DNA from: Clostridia bacterium
GTDB taxonomy: Bacteria; Bacillota; Clostridia; Christensenellales; UBA1242
Assembly: GCA_045596905.1 (NCBI GenBank)
Contig: JAZODG010000016.1
Coordinates: 1-59,184, forward strand
Direction: 5' to 3'
Length of the DNA: 59,184 nucleotides
Below are positions 1 through 12,800 of the stretch, piece by piece; position 1 is the first letter of the stretch, and the number at the start of each line of letters is the position of its first letter. The translations under genes and the position numbers were made by a program. Below the pieces are notes generated by a model, which saw only the letters and a list, made by a program, of their open reading frames with translations, was not told the DNA's origin and ran no database searches.

Positions 1-1799
1 AACATCAAGATATAATTTTATATGGTTCAAAAGAACGAATCCCAATGAGAATAAGAGAATTTGGTTCTCATCGTTGTAGAAACGTGCTCCAAAAATTTGT
101 CGGAGTAATTCCGTTTTTAATGAAACATTACAATGTTGAAAGCGAATATTGGAAAGCCGAAATAGAAAAATATATGGTCACAACTCCTTGTGAAAAATGT
201 GGTGGTGCAAGGCTTAAGCCATTTCCACTTGCAGTTAGAATAAACGGAGTAAATATCTACGAGTTTTGTTTAATGCCGATTGATAAAGCGTATGAATTTG
301 TGACTGATTTATATTTAGTTTTATCAGATTTCCAGATGAAAATTGGCAAACAAATCCTTGATGAAATCCGTGCAAGATTGAAGTTCTTGCTTGATGTCGG
401 GTTATCCTACTTGAACCTTGCAAGAACTGCAGGAACTCTTTCTGGTGGTGAAGCTCAAAGAATTCGACTTGCAACACAAATTGGTAGTGGTTTGATGGGG
501 GTTTTGTATATTCTTGATGAGCCAAGTATTGGCTTACACCCTAGAGACACACAAAAATTGATTGCAACACTTCAAAGACTTCGTGATTTGGGCAATAGTG
601 TGCTAGTTGTTGAACACGATGAAGAAACAATCAGAACAGCTGACTATGTTATTGATGTTGGTCCAAAGGCTGGGGTGCATGGTGGCAGAATAATTGCAAC
701 TGGATCACCAAATGAAATTGCTAATTGTGAAAATTCACTCACTGGTGCTTATTTATCGGGAAGAAGAGAGATTAAAATTCCTGAAAAAAGAAGACCTATG
801 TCAGACATAACACTTGAAATTATCGGCGCTAGACAGAATAACTTGAAAAATATTGACGTTAAAATTCCACTTGGAAGGTTTGTTGCTGTTACTGGTGTTT
901 CAGGTAGTGGAAAGTCTAGTTTGATTAATGAAATACTTTATCCAGCAGTTGCAAATAGAATAAATAAGTCAAATTTGCAAGAAGGTTTATATAGTGAGAT
1001 TAGGGGTGTTGAGAATATTGATAAGGTTGTTGTTATTGATCAAAGCCCAATTGGACGAACCCCACGAAGCAATCCTGTAACATATACTGGCGTATTTTCT
1101 GCAATTAGAGATCTTTATGCTGCTTGTCCTGAATCAAAATCAAAGGGATATTTGGCAGGCAGGTTCTCATTTAATGTTAAAGGTGGCAGATGTGAAGCTT
1201 GTGCTGGTGATGGTGTAATCAAGATTGAGATGCATTTCTTGCCAGATGTTTATGTTACATGTGATGAATGTAAGGGGAAAAGATACAATAAAAACACACT
1301 TGAAGTTAAGTATAAAGGCAAAACAATTAGTGATGTTTTGAATATGACAGTAGAAGATGCACTTGAATTTTTCTATAATATTCCATCAATAAAAAACAAA
1401 TTGCAAACTCTTTATGACGTCGGCTTAGGCTATATCACTCTTGGTCAATCTGCAACAACACTTTCAGGTGGCGAAGCTCAGAGAGTTAAACTTGCAACAG
1501 AACTTGCAAAGCGTTCAACAGGTAAGACATTGTATATTTTAGATGAGCCTACAACAGGTTTGCATACATATGATGTTGAAAAACTAACAGCTATTTTAGA
1601 TAGGCTTGTTGCCAGTGGCAATAGCGTTATTGTTATTGAACATAACACAGATATCATGAAAATTGCTGATTATATCATTGATATTGGCCCTGAAGGTGGC
1701 GATAAAGGTGGAACTATTGTTGCAACTGGAACGCCAGAAGACATTGTTAAGTGCAAAAACTCATATACAGGTGCAGCATTGAAAAATATTTTGAAATGA
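1..1799 (+). CDS. uvrA: Excinuclease ABC subunit A, C-terminal part (5' end outside window)
   Basis: [26 protein letters not shown] Walker A, Cys zinc fingers and a second [12 protein letters not shown]; the frame is open from base 3 ([14 protein letters not shown]...) upstream of the ATG at 45. Confidence 0.97.
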   Translation, partial: HQDIILYGSKERIPMRIREFGSHRCRNVLQKFVGVIPFLMKHYNVESEYWKAEIEKYMVTTPCEKCGGARLKPFPLAVRINGVNIYEFCLMPIDKAYEFVTDLYLVLSDFQMKIGKQILDEIRARLKFLLDVGLSYLNLARTAGTLSGGEAQRIRLATQIGSGLMGVLYILDEPSIGLHPRDTQKLIATLQRLRDLGNSVLVVEHDEETIRTADYVIDVGPKAGVHGGRIIATGSPNEIANCENSLTGAYLSGRREIKIPEKRRPMSDITLEIIGARQNNLKNIDVKIPLGRFVAVTGVSGSGKSSLINEILYPAVANRINKSNLQEGLYSEIRGVENIDKVVVIDQSPIGRTPRSNPVTYTGVFSAIRDLYAACPESKSKGYLAGRFSFNVKGGRCEACAGDGVIKIEMHFLPDVYVTCDECKGKRYNKNTLEVKYKGKTISDVLNMTVEDALEFFYNIPSIKNKLQTLYDVGLGYITLGQSATTLSGGEAQRVKLATELAKRSTGKTLYILDEPTTGLHTYDVEKLTAILDRLVASGNSVIVIEHNTDIMKIADYIIDIGPEGGDKGGTIVATGTPEDIVKCKNSYTGAALKNILK

Positions 1800-1859
1800 T
1801 ATTGAAATTGATATAAAACTATGGTATAATTTTATTATCATAACTATTAGGGAGTTTTT

Positions 1860-2885
1860 ATGAAAAGGATTATATCAATTATTTTGATTGTTTTATGCCT
1901 TGCAGGTATTGGCGTTGGTTGTTATTTCATTTTTAGAAAAAACAATGTTGATTCCATTGAAGTTGTAGGTGATATGCAAACAATTTACTTTGTGAACGAA
2001 ACCACTGATGTTAAGTTTAATCAATCAAAATTAAAAGTTACATATAAAGACGGAACATCAAAATTATTTGATCTCAGCTATGATTTGGTTAAGGTTAAAA
2101 ACTTTAGCACTTCTGTTGCAAACGATGGATTAATGAAGATTGTGTATAAGTCACACGAAATCGATATTAGATATCAAGTTGTTTACAGTGGTTTATATTA
2201 TTTGAAAACCATTGAATCTTCAAACGTTGTTGGTTCATCTGTTAATAGTTCAGAAAGCAATTATGTTGCTGGGCTCAATGAATCAACCGGAACAGATAAG
2301 ACCACAGCTATTGAAATGATTTATTTCTATAGTGATGGCTGTTGCGATTATTATACAAGAACATCTTCAACATCAGCATGGTATATGGATGATGGTCACT
2401 GTGATAATACATTTAACTATACAATCGTTGGAAACAAGATTATTGCAAATCTTGGAGCAGAAAAGAAATATGAAATCACAGCAAGTTTCTCATCAGAAGG
2501 TGTGTTGTCACTCAATAATGTTGAATGTGAATATTTTGATGAAAACCACACAGATTTCTTAAAATCAAAAACAGAAAGAACTTTTGCTTTCTATGAAATG
2601 AAAACAGAAAGAGTTGTTGATACAGTTAGTGTTAGTGGACATAGCTCATTAAGTCCTGTTCAATTTGAAGTTAGTGATACTTATGAATCAAGTGGAAAGA
2701 AATTGGTTTTGAAAGTTGATTATAAAAATGACAACTTCTTAAAGACTGTTTACGTAAGATTCCACACATCAATGCTTATTGAAAAACAAGGCTTTAATAC
2801 AAATTCAGTTGTTATTTCAGCAATTGCTGCAAGAGCATTCTATAAGTCAGTTGGTTTCAATATCTATTATGTTGTAAACGCTTAA
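1860..2885 (+). CDS. Membrane-anchored exported protein, possible bacterial Ig-like module
   Basis: N-terminal TM/signal; 'SIEV...Y.V.E.......KLKVTYKDGTS' resembles Big_3-type repeats; GGGAG RBS. Confidence 0.6.
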   Translation: MKRIISIILIVLCLAGIGVGCYFIFRKNNVDSIEVVGDMQTIYFVNETTDVKFNQSKLKVTYKDGTSKLFDLSYDLVKVKNFSTSVANDGLMKIVYKSHEIDIRYQVVYSGLYYLKTIESSNVVGSSVNSSESNYVAGLNESTGTDKTTAIEMIYFYSDGCCDYYTRTSSTSAWYMDDGHCDNTFNYTIVGNKIIANLGAEKKYEITASFSSEGVLSLNNVECEYFDENHTDFLKSKTERTFAFYEMKTERVVDTVSVSGHSSLSPVQFEVSDTYESSGKKLVLKVDYKNDNFLKTVYVRFHTSMLIEKQGFNTNSVVISAIAARAFYKSVGFNIYYVVNA

Positions 2886-2886
2886 T

Positions 2887-2918
2887 AAAAAATACATACG
2901 GAAGTATGTATTTTTTTT
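2887..2918 (+). terminator. Rho-independent terminator
   Basis: AAAATACATAC-GGAA-GTATGTATTTTTTTT hairpin with U tract. Confidence 0.85.
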
Positions 2919-2941
2919 GTGCTTTTTGAAATCATTTATGT

Positions 2942-3664
2942 ATGGCGATAATGCTTCTAAGGTCTATTATTATTTATATTTGCGTTCTCATTGTTATCAG
3001 GTTAATGGGAAAAAGGCAGGTTGGAGAAATGCAACCGTTTGAATTTGTTATAACTTTAATTATTGCAGATTTGGCGTGTATTCCTATGGCAGAACTATCA
3101 GTGCCAATTGTCCATGGCATTGTTCCAATCATTTCATTATTGATTTTACATTTTCTTATTTGTTTTTTATCAAGAAAATCACATTTTGCCAGATATTTGT
3201 TAACGGGCAAACCTGCAGTTGTGATTAGCCCTAAGGGGATAGACTTTAATGAACTAAAAGAACTAAATATGACTCTTGATGATTTGTTTGAGCTTATGCG
3301 TGGCTGTGACGTGTTCAGAGTCAGTGAAATTGCTTATGCCATTATTGAAACTAATGGAAATTTATGTGTAATCAAGAAAGCTCAGTATGAAAACGTTACA
3401 AGGGAAGACTTAAAGGTCAAAGTCAGTCAAAGTACATTACCAATCAATATAATAATGGACGGCAAAAAGATTGAAGGGAACATTAAGCTTGCAGAGATTA
3501 ATGATGAGTTTATTAAAGAGTGTTTGGTTAAGTCAAATACAAAAAATATAAAAGATATTATCTTAATGACACTTGATGGAAATGGTGAAGTATTTGTTCA
3601 AGAAAGGAACAAAGATGAGTATTATGTTTTTAATATGGATTATAGCGGGGGTGACAAATGGTAA
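2942..3664 (+). CDS. DUF421 (YetF-like) membrane protein
   Basis: RLMGKRQVGEMQPFEFVITLIIA and AIIETNGNL motifs. Confidence 0.9.
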   Translation: MAIMLLRSIIIYICVLIVIRLMGKRQVGEMQPFEFVITLIIADLACIPMAELSVPIVHGIVPIISLLILHFLICFLSRKSHFARYLLTGKPAVVISPKGIDFNELKELNMTLDDLFELMRGCDVFRVSEIAYAIIETNGNLCVIKKAQYENVTREDLKVKVSQSTLPINIIMDGKKIEGNIKLAEINDEFIKECLVKSNTKNIKDIILMTLDGNGEVFVQERNKDEYYVFNMDYSGGDKW

Positions 3665-4053
3665 AAAAGTGGATTACCATGATAGCCTTGTCCATAATCT
3701 TGGTTGCAGGGTGTGTTATTGAATCGATTTATATTAATAGGTCCTTTAACTGGCTTATTAATAGTTTGGAGACTTTGCAGATTGAGCTTAGGGAAAATAA
3801 AGAAAAGTGCGACACTGAAGAGCTTATATATGATGCTAACCAGGTGCATATAAAGTGGGGTGAAAAGACCAAGGTGCTTAAGTGCTTGATTTGGCATAGT
3901 GGTGTCAAAGATGTTGAAACAGGTCTTGCTAGGGTTGCAGTTTATGTTGAAGAGAATGACTACAAAGAAGCATCTGCAGAGCTGGCGTCACTTATTGATT
4001 ATTGTGCACATTATCTTGATGATTTTCATATTTCAGTTGAGAACGTGTTTTAA
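3658..4053 (+). CDS. DUF4363-like protein
   Basis: N-terminal TM, W...H helix pattern, ends 'ISVENVF'; the usual partner of DUF421 genes in Clostridia. Confidence 0.7.
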   Translation: MVKKWITMIALSIILVAGCVIESIYINRSFNWLINSLETLQIELRENKEKCDTEELIYDANQVHIKWGEKTKVLKCLIWHSGVKDVETGLARVAVYVEENDYKEASAELASLIDYCAHYLDDFHISVENVF

Positions 4054-5564
4054 TACGAATGTCTTTTTCTGAACAAAATAACCTTGAAGTTGGCAACATT
4101 AAATATAAGCATAAAGCCTATGGTTATCGCTAATGTTATGATTGATGAGATAAACATTGATATTATATCATTAAAACAAATAAGAGAGTTGATGATATAA
4201 CCAAATGCTGAAGACAATGCAATTATTAATAGAACTGTGAAAAGTGTTTTAAGAAAACTTAGGTCGATAAGTTTTCTTTTTTTGAGCATAAAAGCATTCA
4301 TAATTGCAGAAGTGATTGACATTAAGAAATATCCAACAATAAGGGCGAAAGTTCCAATATATTTTGGTAAAAAGATAATGCATAAAATCAATAGGGCTGA
4401 AGAAACTATATGATTTTTTAGTGACTTGAGTTCCAAACCAACTGCATTCAAAACTGATGAAGTAATTTGTGAAAACCCAAGTGGAATCATGACAATGGTT
4501 GCATATGATAAATAAACACCTGCTTTTGTGTTGCCGAACAAGAATTTACATATTGGCGTGCCAAGAGCCAAAAATACTGGTATTAAAATTGATGAAAAAA
4601 TGAGCGACATTTTGATAGAAAACATAATTTTTGATTTAAGTGAGCCTATATCCTTTATTGTTTCGTTATCAATGTCTTTTGATTGTTCACTTATTGACGG
4701 AACCATTGTTACTGCAAGTGAGCTGATGAGTGTTGAAGGAATCATAATGATTGGAAATGTCATACCCATGATTATTCCAAACTCTGACAAGGCTTCAGAA
4801 CTAGAATAACCATAAAGTTGAAGTCTGATTGGAATGATTATTGCTATGATTGATGATACTATCGAAGAAATCGTTCGAACTGCAGTGATAGGAGTGCTGT
4901 CTTTTGCCAGGGTTTTAAACTGTTGTTTTGGACTAGATAGATTTCCACCAGATTTAAAGTATATAACAATAACCACAATTGAAGATATAACACATGCCAA
5001 CGTTAGAGACAATGCAGTTTTGTTTGTTGGTGAAACGTTGATAAATGTAGCATTAAACAACAAGAATAAAATCAAGATTCTTGAGATTTGTTCAATAAAT
5101 TCGGTTATGCTTATTGCAAAAAATTGTTTTTGTCCCCAAAGTGCGCCCCTTAATACTTCATAAATAGATGAGAAGATTAAGGCAGGAAGCAGAATATATA
5201 TCATTTCAATTGATGCTGTTGATGTAAATATGATATTAAGAAGAGACGGAAATAACAAAAAGATGAGAGAAACAGCAAGACAGATGATTCCTGTGATTAA
5301 AAGTCCCGATGAAACGATTGAACCTATGGATTTTTTGTCATGGTTGTAGGCAAAGTATGATACATTGCGTGATAAAACAACAGGTATGCCACTTGATACA
5401 AATGTCATGAGTACTGCAAAGATGCTCATGGCAACTTGATAGCTTCCAAGAAGTTCGCTGCCAAGTTCACGGGATAAATAAATTTTTAATAAAAAGCCCA
5501 TAGCTCTTGTTGCTACTGAAAAAAAGGTTACACAAAACATTGCTTTAAAGATTTTACTGGTCAT
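4050..5564 (-). CDS. spoVB: SpoVB-like MOP flippase / polysaccharide biosynthesis protein
   Basis: About 14 TM segments; 'TRAMGFLLKIYLSRELGSELLGSYQ', 'SSGIPVVLS', 'EFIEQISRI', 'GMTFPIIMIPS' match the SpoVB pattern. Confidence 0.75.
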   Translation of the reverse strand: MTSKIFKAMFCVTFFSVATRAMGFLLKIYLSRELGSELLGSYQVAMSIFAVLMTFVSSGIPVVLSRNVSYFAYNHDKKSIGSIVSSGLLITGIICLAVSLIFLLFPSLLNIIFTSTASIEMIYILLPALIFSSIYEVLRGALWGQKQFFAISITEFIEQISRILILFLLFNATFINVSPTNKTALSLTLACVISSIVVIVIYFKSGGNLSSPKQQFKTLAKDSTPITAVRTISSIVSSIIAIIIPIRLQLYGYSSSEALSEFGIIMGMTFPIIMIPSTLISSLAVTMVPSISEQSKDIDNETIKDIGSLKSKIMFSIKMSLIFSSILIPVFLALGTPICKFLFGNTKAGVYLSYATIVMIPLGFSQITSSVLNAVGLELKSLKNHIVSSALLILCIIFLPKYIGTFALIVGYFLMSITSAIMNAFMLKKRKLIDLSFLKTLFTVLLIIALSSAFGYIINSLICFNDIISMFISSIITLAITIGFMLIFNVANFKVILFRKRHSY

Positions 5565-5699
5565 AGAAAAATTATATGTGTTTGCGATTGATTTTAGAAT
5601 ATTGACTGACTTTGACCTTTAGAATATTTTTTTTAACTCTTTTTCACATTATTTGCGTTGTAGGGGGAATATAGTATATAATAGAAGCAGAGGTACTTT

Positions 5700-6824
5700 A
5701 TGTTTACTATTAGGAAAATTGAAAAAAGAAAAGATTTAAAGAAGTTTGTGAAATTTCCAACAAATCTTTATAAAGATAATGACAATTATGTTCCACCAAT
5801 GGAATCTGATGAATATAAGATGGCAACAAAAAAGAATGCGCATTACAATGAGTGTTCTCAAGCATACTTTTTAGCAGAAGAAGATGGCAAGGTTGTTGGT
5901 AGAATCGCTGCCGTTGTTGTTTATCCATATAATAATAAAAATAATTGCAAGTACGCAAGATTTACAAGATTTGATGTTATTGATAATAAAGAAATCGCAC
6001 ATGCACTTTTGAAGACTGCTGAAGATTGGGCAAAAGAACAAGGAATGGAATATATTCACGGCCCACTTGGTTATGATGACCTTGAGCGTGAAGGCTTGAT
6101 GGTTGAAGGTTTTGATAAACAAGGTTGTTTTATTACAAGCTATAACGCACCATATTATCAAGAGTTTATTGAAAGTTATGGTTATAAGCCAGATGCAAAG
6201 TGGGTTGAATGGAGATTTCAACTTCCACAAAAGACTGATGAAAGAGTAGAAAGGATTGCTGAAGTTGTTACAAAGAGATACGGATTCCATGAAAAACCAT
6301 ACAAGAACGTGAAGGAACTTATTAAAAAGCATGGCGACGATTTCTTCAACCTGATGGATGAAACATTCGTTAATCTTTATGGAACTTATCCATTTAATGA
6401 TGAACTTCGCAAGCAAACCATTGCAATGTTTAAACTTATCTTAAATAAAAAATATTTATGTTTGGTTTTTGATAAAAATGAAAAGTTAATTGGTTTTGGT
6501 TTGTCATGGCCATCACTTGCAAGAGCTATGAAGGAAACCAACGGAAGAATGTTTCCATTTGGATTTATAAAATGGCTTATTGCGTTAAAGAGACCAAAAG
6601 CCGTTGAGCTTGGAATCATTGCCGTTAAGCAAGAATATCAGAAACTTGGTGTAACAGCGTTTATCATTAAAAATCTTATGGGAAGACTCAATTCAATCAA
6701 AACTGCAAAATATGCTGACACAGGTGTTCAACTTGAAAATAACACAAATGCTATTCGTTCACTTGAAATGTTTGAAAGGGAACTTATCAGAAGAAAGATT
6801 TGTTATATTAAAAAATTAAAATAA
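5700..6824 (+). CDS. GNAT-family N-acetyltransferase (YghO-like)
   Basis: FVKFP..LY....YVPP, GRIAA, GPLG, YNAPYY, EYQKLGV and LENN motifs. Confidence 0.8.
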   Translation: MFTIRKIEKRKDLKKFVKFPTNLYKDNDNYVPPMESDEYKMATKKNAHYNECSQAYFLAEEDGKVVGRIAAVVVYPYNNKNNCKYARFTRFDVIDNKEIAHALLKTAEDWAKEQGMEYIHGPLGYDDLEREGLMVEGFDKQGCFITSYNAPYYQEFIESYGYKPDAKWVEWRFQLPQKTDERVERIAEVVTKRYGFHEKPYKNVKELIKKHGDDFFNLMDETFVNLYGTYPFNDELRKQTIAMFKLILNKKYLCLVFDKNEKLIGFGLSWPSLARAMKETNGRMFPFGFIKWLIALKRPKAVELGIIAVKQEYQKLGVTAFIIKNLMGRLNSIKTAKYADTGVQLENNTNAIRSLEMFERELIRRKICYIKKLK

Positions 6825-6886
6825 ACAGTCAACCGACTGTTTATTTTTTTTTTGCACAAAAAAAGAAAGCTTTCGCTTTCTTTTTT
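6822..6886. terminator. Tandem terminator hairpins between convergent genes
   Basis: AAACAGTC-AACC-GACTGTTT followed by T tract, then AAAAAAGAAAGC-TTTC-GCTTTCTTTTTT. Confidence 0.8.
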
Positions 6887-9800
6887 ATAAAATACCATCT
6901 TTGTTTTTGTTTGATAATTCATCAACAGTGTCTCTTTCTTTTGATTTCTTCACTTTGATGATTTCAATGTCTTTTTCATGGTCGTTCTTATATTTCTTAG
7001 CAAATTTGATTGGGTGTTTCTTTAAGATAACAGCAACCAATGCGACAGCCATTGTCAAAACAAGTAACAATGAAGAGAAGATATAGAAGAATGTAGCCCA
7101 GCTTACTGAGTTTTTGTCATCAGCTTCTTCTGTTTCTTCAGTCTTTGTTGATGTAGCTTTTTCATCATAGAACTTCTTGATTGTTGTTTCATTTTGTTCA
7201 GCTACTTCAACGTAGTGGTCAAATTCTTCAGCATTTGGATAAGATACAAATTCAACACCAGCGATAATTGCATATCCTGCACAAGTTTTTGATGTTTTGT
7301 CTGTAGCTTCGCCAATAGAGAAGTCGATAGCAATGTTTGAAACAGCGTCTGTGCTGTTTGTTTTTACCAATACTTCATAGCATACAAATCCATTTTTATC
7401 AGCATTTGTTGCGTCTGTTGTGTTGATATTTGTCCAGCTTGCGCTGAGAGCATTGATTTTGATGTTTAAACCAACTGAATCGCTTTCAAAATCACTTGTT
7501 TTTACATAAATTCTAACGGCTACAAATGAACCTTTTGTAATAGAATTTTTGTATTTTTGTGTGATGAGTTGATAGTCAGATGAATAGCTGTTTGCTAAAA
7601 TCAATACGTTTTCTGAATATGTGTTTTCAAGCTCTTCAGCAGGGATAACAACGTTATTGAGTTCGATATCCTTTGTTCCGAAGTGATAAACATAAGAATT
7701 CTTTGTTTCTTTTGCAGAAGTATGAGAGTTGTCATCTTCTTCAGCACCTAAAACAACTTTGTCAAGGCTTGGAACTGAAACTGTTTTGTCAGAAATTGTT
7801 TTAACTTCTTCTGTGCAGTCTGAGTATTTATATAATCTATAGCTTGTTTTTGTTGAAGCATATGTTGTTGCCATAACAACTTCAACGCCTGAAGCTGTAG
7901 CATTAATCTTGAATGTGTCTTCACCAATTTTTGTTAACTCAGTTGTGAGTTCAGCATCAGAATATAATTTGTAAACATATTTATTTGTTGTTCCATTGAA
8001 TGTTCTGTGAACATAATATGTTGTGTCACTGATTACAACTTCATAAACTTCACCAATATAATATGTTACTTTATCAATTGTTACAGAGTAGGTTGTAACA
8101 GATTCTTTATCGTAATATGTTGCAACTACTGTTCCATTTGAACCAACAGTATAAAGGTTTGTGTTTGTGAGAGTGTGTGTGAATTCTGATTGATCATATG
8201 CAACAGAATCTTCTTTAGAGTTGTTGCTATGAATTGAGAATTGTGGTTCTGTAAAGTTAACAAATCTTGCAGTTTTGATAACTTCATAGATGTTTTCTGT
8301 GTTTGAACTTGTGATGTTTGCATCAGTATAAACTTGATCTTTGATAGCATCATAGGTCTTTGTTGATTTGATGCAAGATACTGACTTAAAGAAGCTTGCG
8401 CCATATGCATCTTCAACACCGATTTCAAGATATACAGATGTTGATGAGCTTGATGTTGCAATATAGTAAGTGTATGTTTGCCAACCAGATTCAATTTCAG
8501 AAGATTCAAGTGTCATACCCATGATATAATATTCGCTTGTAAGTTTTGAGTTAGAGTAGATATTTGAAACTAAAGTTCCATTAAACTCTGGAGTCTTATA
8601 GAACTTGAATGATAATTCATAAACTGAATTAGCTGAAAGTGAAATTGAAGCAGAGTACATTTTGTATGTGCTCTTGTAGTTAGAAATTGTTTCACCAGTG
8701 ATTGCTGTGTAGTTAACTGGAGCATTGATAACATAGATGTTGCTGAATGTGTCAATTCCATCTACAGGTGGTTTTGTTGCGAAGCTTGAGCTAAGTGTTG
8801 CAAAATAGCCTGTGTTTTTAAGTGACATAATACCAGCTTTAACTGATTTTGAGTTGCCACCAACAGCTGTCCAGCTTTCAGCAGTTTTAAGTTCGTTATC
8901 ATTTGGAACATCTCTGTTTGTAACATTGATTAAGTCAAAGTTGCCGTTTGTAACACCAGTTGAGATAAGTGATGAACTTGGGCTTAATGAAAGGGCACAA
9001 GTTTTGTTGTCAGAGTCTGAGCTAGCTGTGTCATAAAGAGCACTTGTGATTCTTTCAATCTTGATGTTGTCAAAGTAAACAGTTGAGTCTTTTCCTGCGC
9101 TTAATACCAAATAACAATCTTGGTCTTTTAATGCGTTACCTTCAACATAAAGGTAAACAGGCATCCAACCATATTCGTTTACAACAGCGTTTGTGTAAGC
9201 TGATGTGTTTGCATCAATAGAAATTGAAGCAGTTCTGAGTGAACCATAGGTTGGTTCATTCTTTGTTTCTTGAACAGAGTTGATGTCAATTTTTGCTTTG
9301 CCATCTTTATCTGGTGAATAAACCCAAACAGTAATCTTTAAGTAATCCATACGTCTAACTGTGAATCTGTTAGATGTTACGCCAAGAGCTGTGTTTGTGT
9401 TTTTGTTTGTAAGTTTTAATGCGAAGTTTTCATCTTGGAAAGGAGATTCAACATAAACAACATCTTTCTTGTCGTCTTTTTTATCTTCTTCAGCTTCTTC
9501 TTCGTCTTCGTCAACTTTGGTTTTTTCAATGATGTTTGTGATTTCAACATCAAGGTCACCATTGTTGTAAGCTTGTCTGAATTGTTCAATAGAGTAGTCA
9601 ATCTTTGAATCACGACTGATGTAATATCTCCACAATGTTGTCATGTTTTCATACATTGTGTAACCAGTTGTGTTTTTGTCAATTTTAGCAAGTGAGTCAC
9701 TGTCTAAAATTGTTTGAAGAGTATCGTCTTCAAAGTTGAACATGTCTTCATCAAACATATCAACTTCAGCTTGTGTTTTGTAATCAAACTTATTTGATGC

Positions 9801-12800
9801 GTTGTATTGAGCATCTGTATCTTTTAATGCGTTAACCAAAATCAATTCGTTGTTGAATTCGTCAGCGTATTTGTTTGGAACTTCAACAGGTTCTGTTTCA
9901 CCAACAGGAATTTCTGTGAGTGGAGTAGATTGAACTTTAACTTCATCGATAGATTTCTTATTAAAGTCGGTTACACCGATATTGATAACTTTGATTTCAT
10001 TGAAGAGTGCAGAACCAGAAACGGTTGGAACAACATAAAGAGTTACTGTTGATTTTAATCTGCCATCGTTCCAGTCTTCAGCGTTGTATGAATAAACATT
10101 GTATTTTTCGTTAGCTGAATCATATGTGTAATATGTTGTTGTTTTGCTATATTCAGTGTTAGCTGCAACAACTTTGTATTCTAACAAACTTGTTTTTGAA
10201 CCAGCAATGCTTGTTTTGTTTCCAAGATAGAAGTAAAGGTTAGCTTTTGATGCTGAAACAGAGTCAGTTGAAATAAACATATAATATTGTTGCCAAGCAC
10301 CGTTTGTGCTGATTTTTTCAATTGCAATTTCTGACATTACATTTGAAGAATCTTTCAAGTATACAGATGCTTCAACGTTGATTGAAGTGTTTGCATAGAA
10401 TGAAATAGCATAATAGCTGTTTGCTGCAAGAGAAAGTTCAGGTGAAACATAATAATATGTTGAGTTCTTTGTTGTGTTTGTTTCAGTTGTTGTTGTGATT
10501 CTCTTGTAGTATTTGTCAACGCCAGCTTCATAGTTGATAGGGTCTGCGTTGGTGATTAATTCAAATACTTTCTTATCGAATCCAGCTGCATTTGTGTCGA
10601 TATCATTTGCTGTGCAAACAACTTTTCTTGGAGTTTCAGAAGAAAGATATTTGTAATATAATTTTGTGTTGCTTGTTGAATAGTTGGTGTCATATGATCC
10701 AAGCAATTTGTAATATGTTGCATTGTCCTTAAGTTCACTTGATGAAATAGGAATATAAGATTTTGGACCATAGCTTGTTTTGTCTGTGTTTGTAACGTTG
10801 TCATCAACTATATAAAGAGCATTTGTTCCTGTGAGCAAGTTTTGAACGAATACGTTTTCATTCTTATAATAGAGTGTGAAGTTTGCATCGTAGTTAGCAT
10901 CGTCCTCAACAATAATAGAGTAGTCAGCAAGTTCAGATGACTTGATAACTTTGTATCCCTTTGTTGTGTAGATTGCAAGTTGTTCTTCTGAAATTGTTTC
11001 ATTGTCATTCAAAACATAAACTTGGCTTGTGATTGGCGCTCTATCATATCTATAATAAAGGTTATAGTGTTTGTTGTAGTTAGCGTCACCTTCAGCAACA
11101 GGGTTGAAGTTTACATATTCTGATTTAAGGTAGTTTGTTGAAATAATTTCAAAGTTAAGAGTTTCATAGATAGCCGATTCTTTTGCGTCAACATTGTCGT
11201 CAACAACATAAAGAATTGGCTTTGAAACTTGAGCGTGTTTATAGTATAAAGCATAGTTTTCTTCTGAAAGATCTGTGTCTTCATAACGATAAACAGGAGC
11301 TGAAACAAAGTATTTTTTAGCTTCATCAAGTTGTTCTTGAGTTAAAACTTCAATGCCTTTTGATGTGAGAGTTGCGTCGTCGCCACCGTCTAAGGCAATA
11401 CCATAAAGGTTTCCATCATAAGTTGTTGCAGGTACCATGCCTGTTTTGTAGTTAACTTCAGCATCAGTAACTGTTTCATAAGTTGATGTGTAGGTTGTTT
11501 TTGTTTCTGTGAAATATTCTTTGGTTCTTTCAAAGTATAATTCATAGTCATTTCTAAAATAGTTTGATGAAGATTCAATCTTGATATAGTCATGTTCGTT
11601 GATGTTAACACCTTCAACAATATATGGATATGTTGGGTAAGAAGTGTTGAAAGCTTCAAGTTTTGTTGAATCAACATAAACCTTATATGTTACTGTTGAA
11701 TTAAACTTTAAGTAAAGCTTGCTAACGCCAGATGGGGCAAACAATTCAACGAATTTTTCAAAGCTATAATTTTTGTTGTAAAGTGAGTTATTGTAAACTG
11801 ACTTGAAGTAAAGCTCATCATTTTCATAAGGAACTTGAATGTAAAGTGATTTTTCTTCACCATTTATGATACCTTTAAGGCTGTTTATGTCTTCAGATGT
11901 AATATGGTTGTAGTGAAGAGAAGAGATTGTGTCAAGTTCTGCAGTTGTTGGAGTGTCATCTAAAACATATACCAAATATTTTGAGTTTGATTGAGCATAT
12001 GGATTTTTTGTGTATTTGTAATATGTTTGAAGGTTGCCTGTGCCGATGTAACCAAAATCTGTTGTTTTTGTGATTGGGTAATAGTACATAAGGTCAGCAT
12101 CTTCTTTAGCAACTGTTGTTGTGAAATATTCTGAGTTGTTTGTATAAGCAGGGTTAGAAGCAATATTTGTTAAGTTTCCAAAATAGAAAACTTCTGTCTT
12201 TGCAATATTGTTAACACTTTTTTCTACAAAGTTTGCATCAGTTGTAATTTTGTAATAGCTTGTGTATGACTTGTCTGTGTAGTTGTAGTTAAGGAATGTT
12301 GGAGCTTCTTTTGCAATGATTGCTGCAACGTTTACGTTTTGAGTTGTGCCGTCATGAGAAACGATTGCAACTTCTTTTGCAATTTCAGAATCAAGACGCT
12401 CTTTCACTTTATTGTAAGCGACACTCTTGTCATAGAATTGTTCGTTTGTTGTGTCAGCTGTGAGACCGTCGTCTGCAGGGAAGTCACCATAAGTTCCTTT
12501 GCCATCAACTTGACGATAGATAAAGTCAAAGAATCTTTGATAGAATTCTGTTTTTGTTTCACAAAGTTTTGGAACTGAATTTGCTGCATCTGTTGCTTGC
12601 ATATCATTCATAGCAAAATATTCAACGAAATCTCTGATTGTTTTTTGAGCAGGGTATTCTGTCTTTTTGAGTTCGTAGAATTTTGAAACAGTTGGAGTAT
12701 CAGCTGCGTCAAAATGTTCGCTTAAGAATTTAGCAACTTGTTCAGTGTAGTCAGCCTTATCTGTAACATAGTATTCTGCAAAGAATCTGTCAGCATATTT

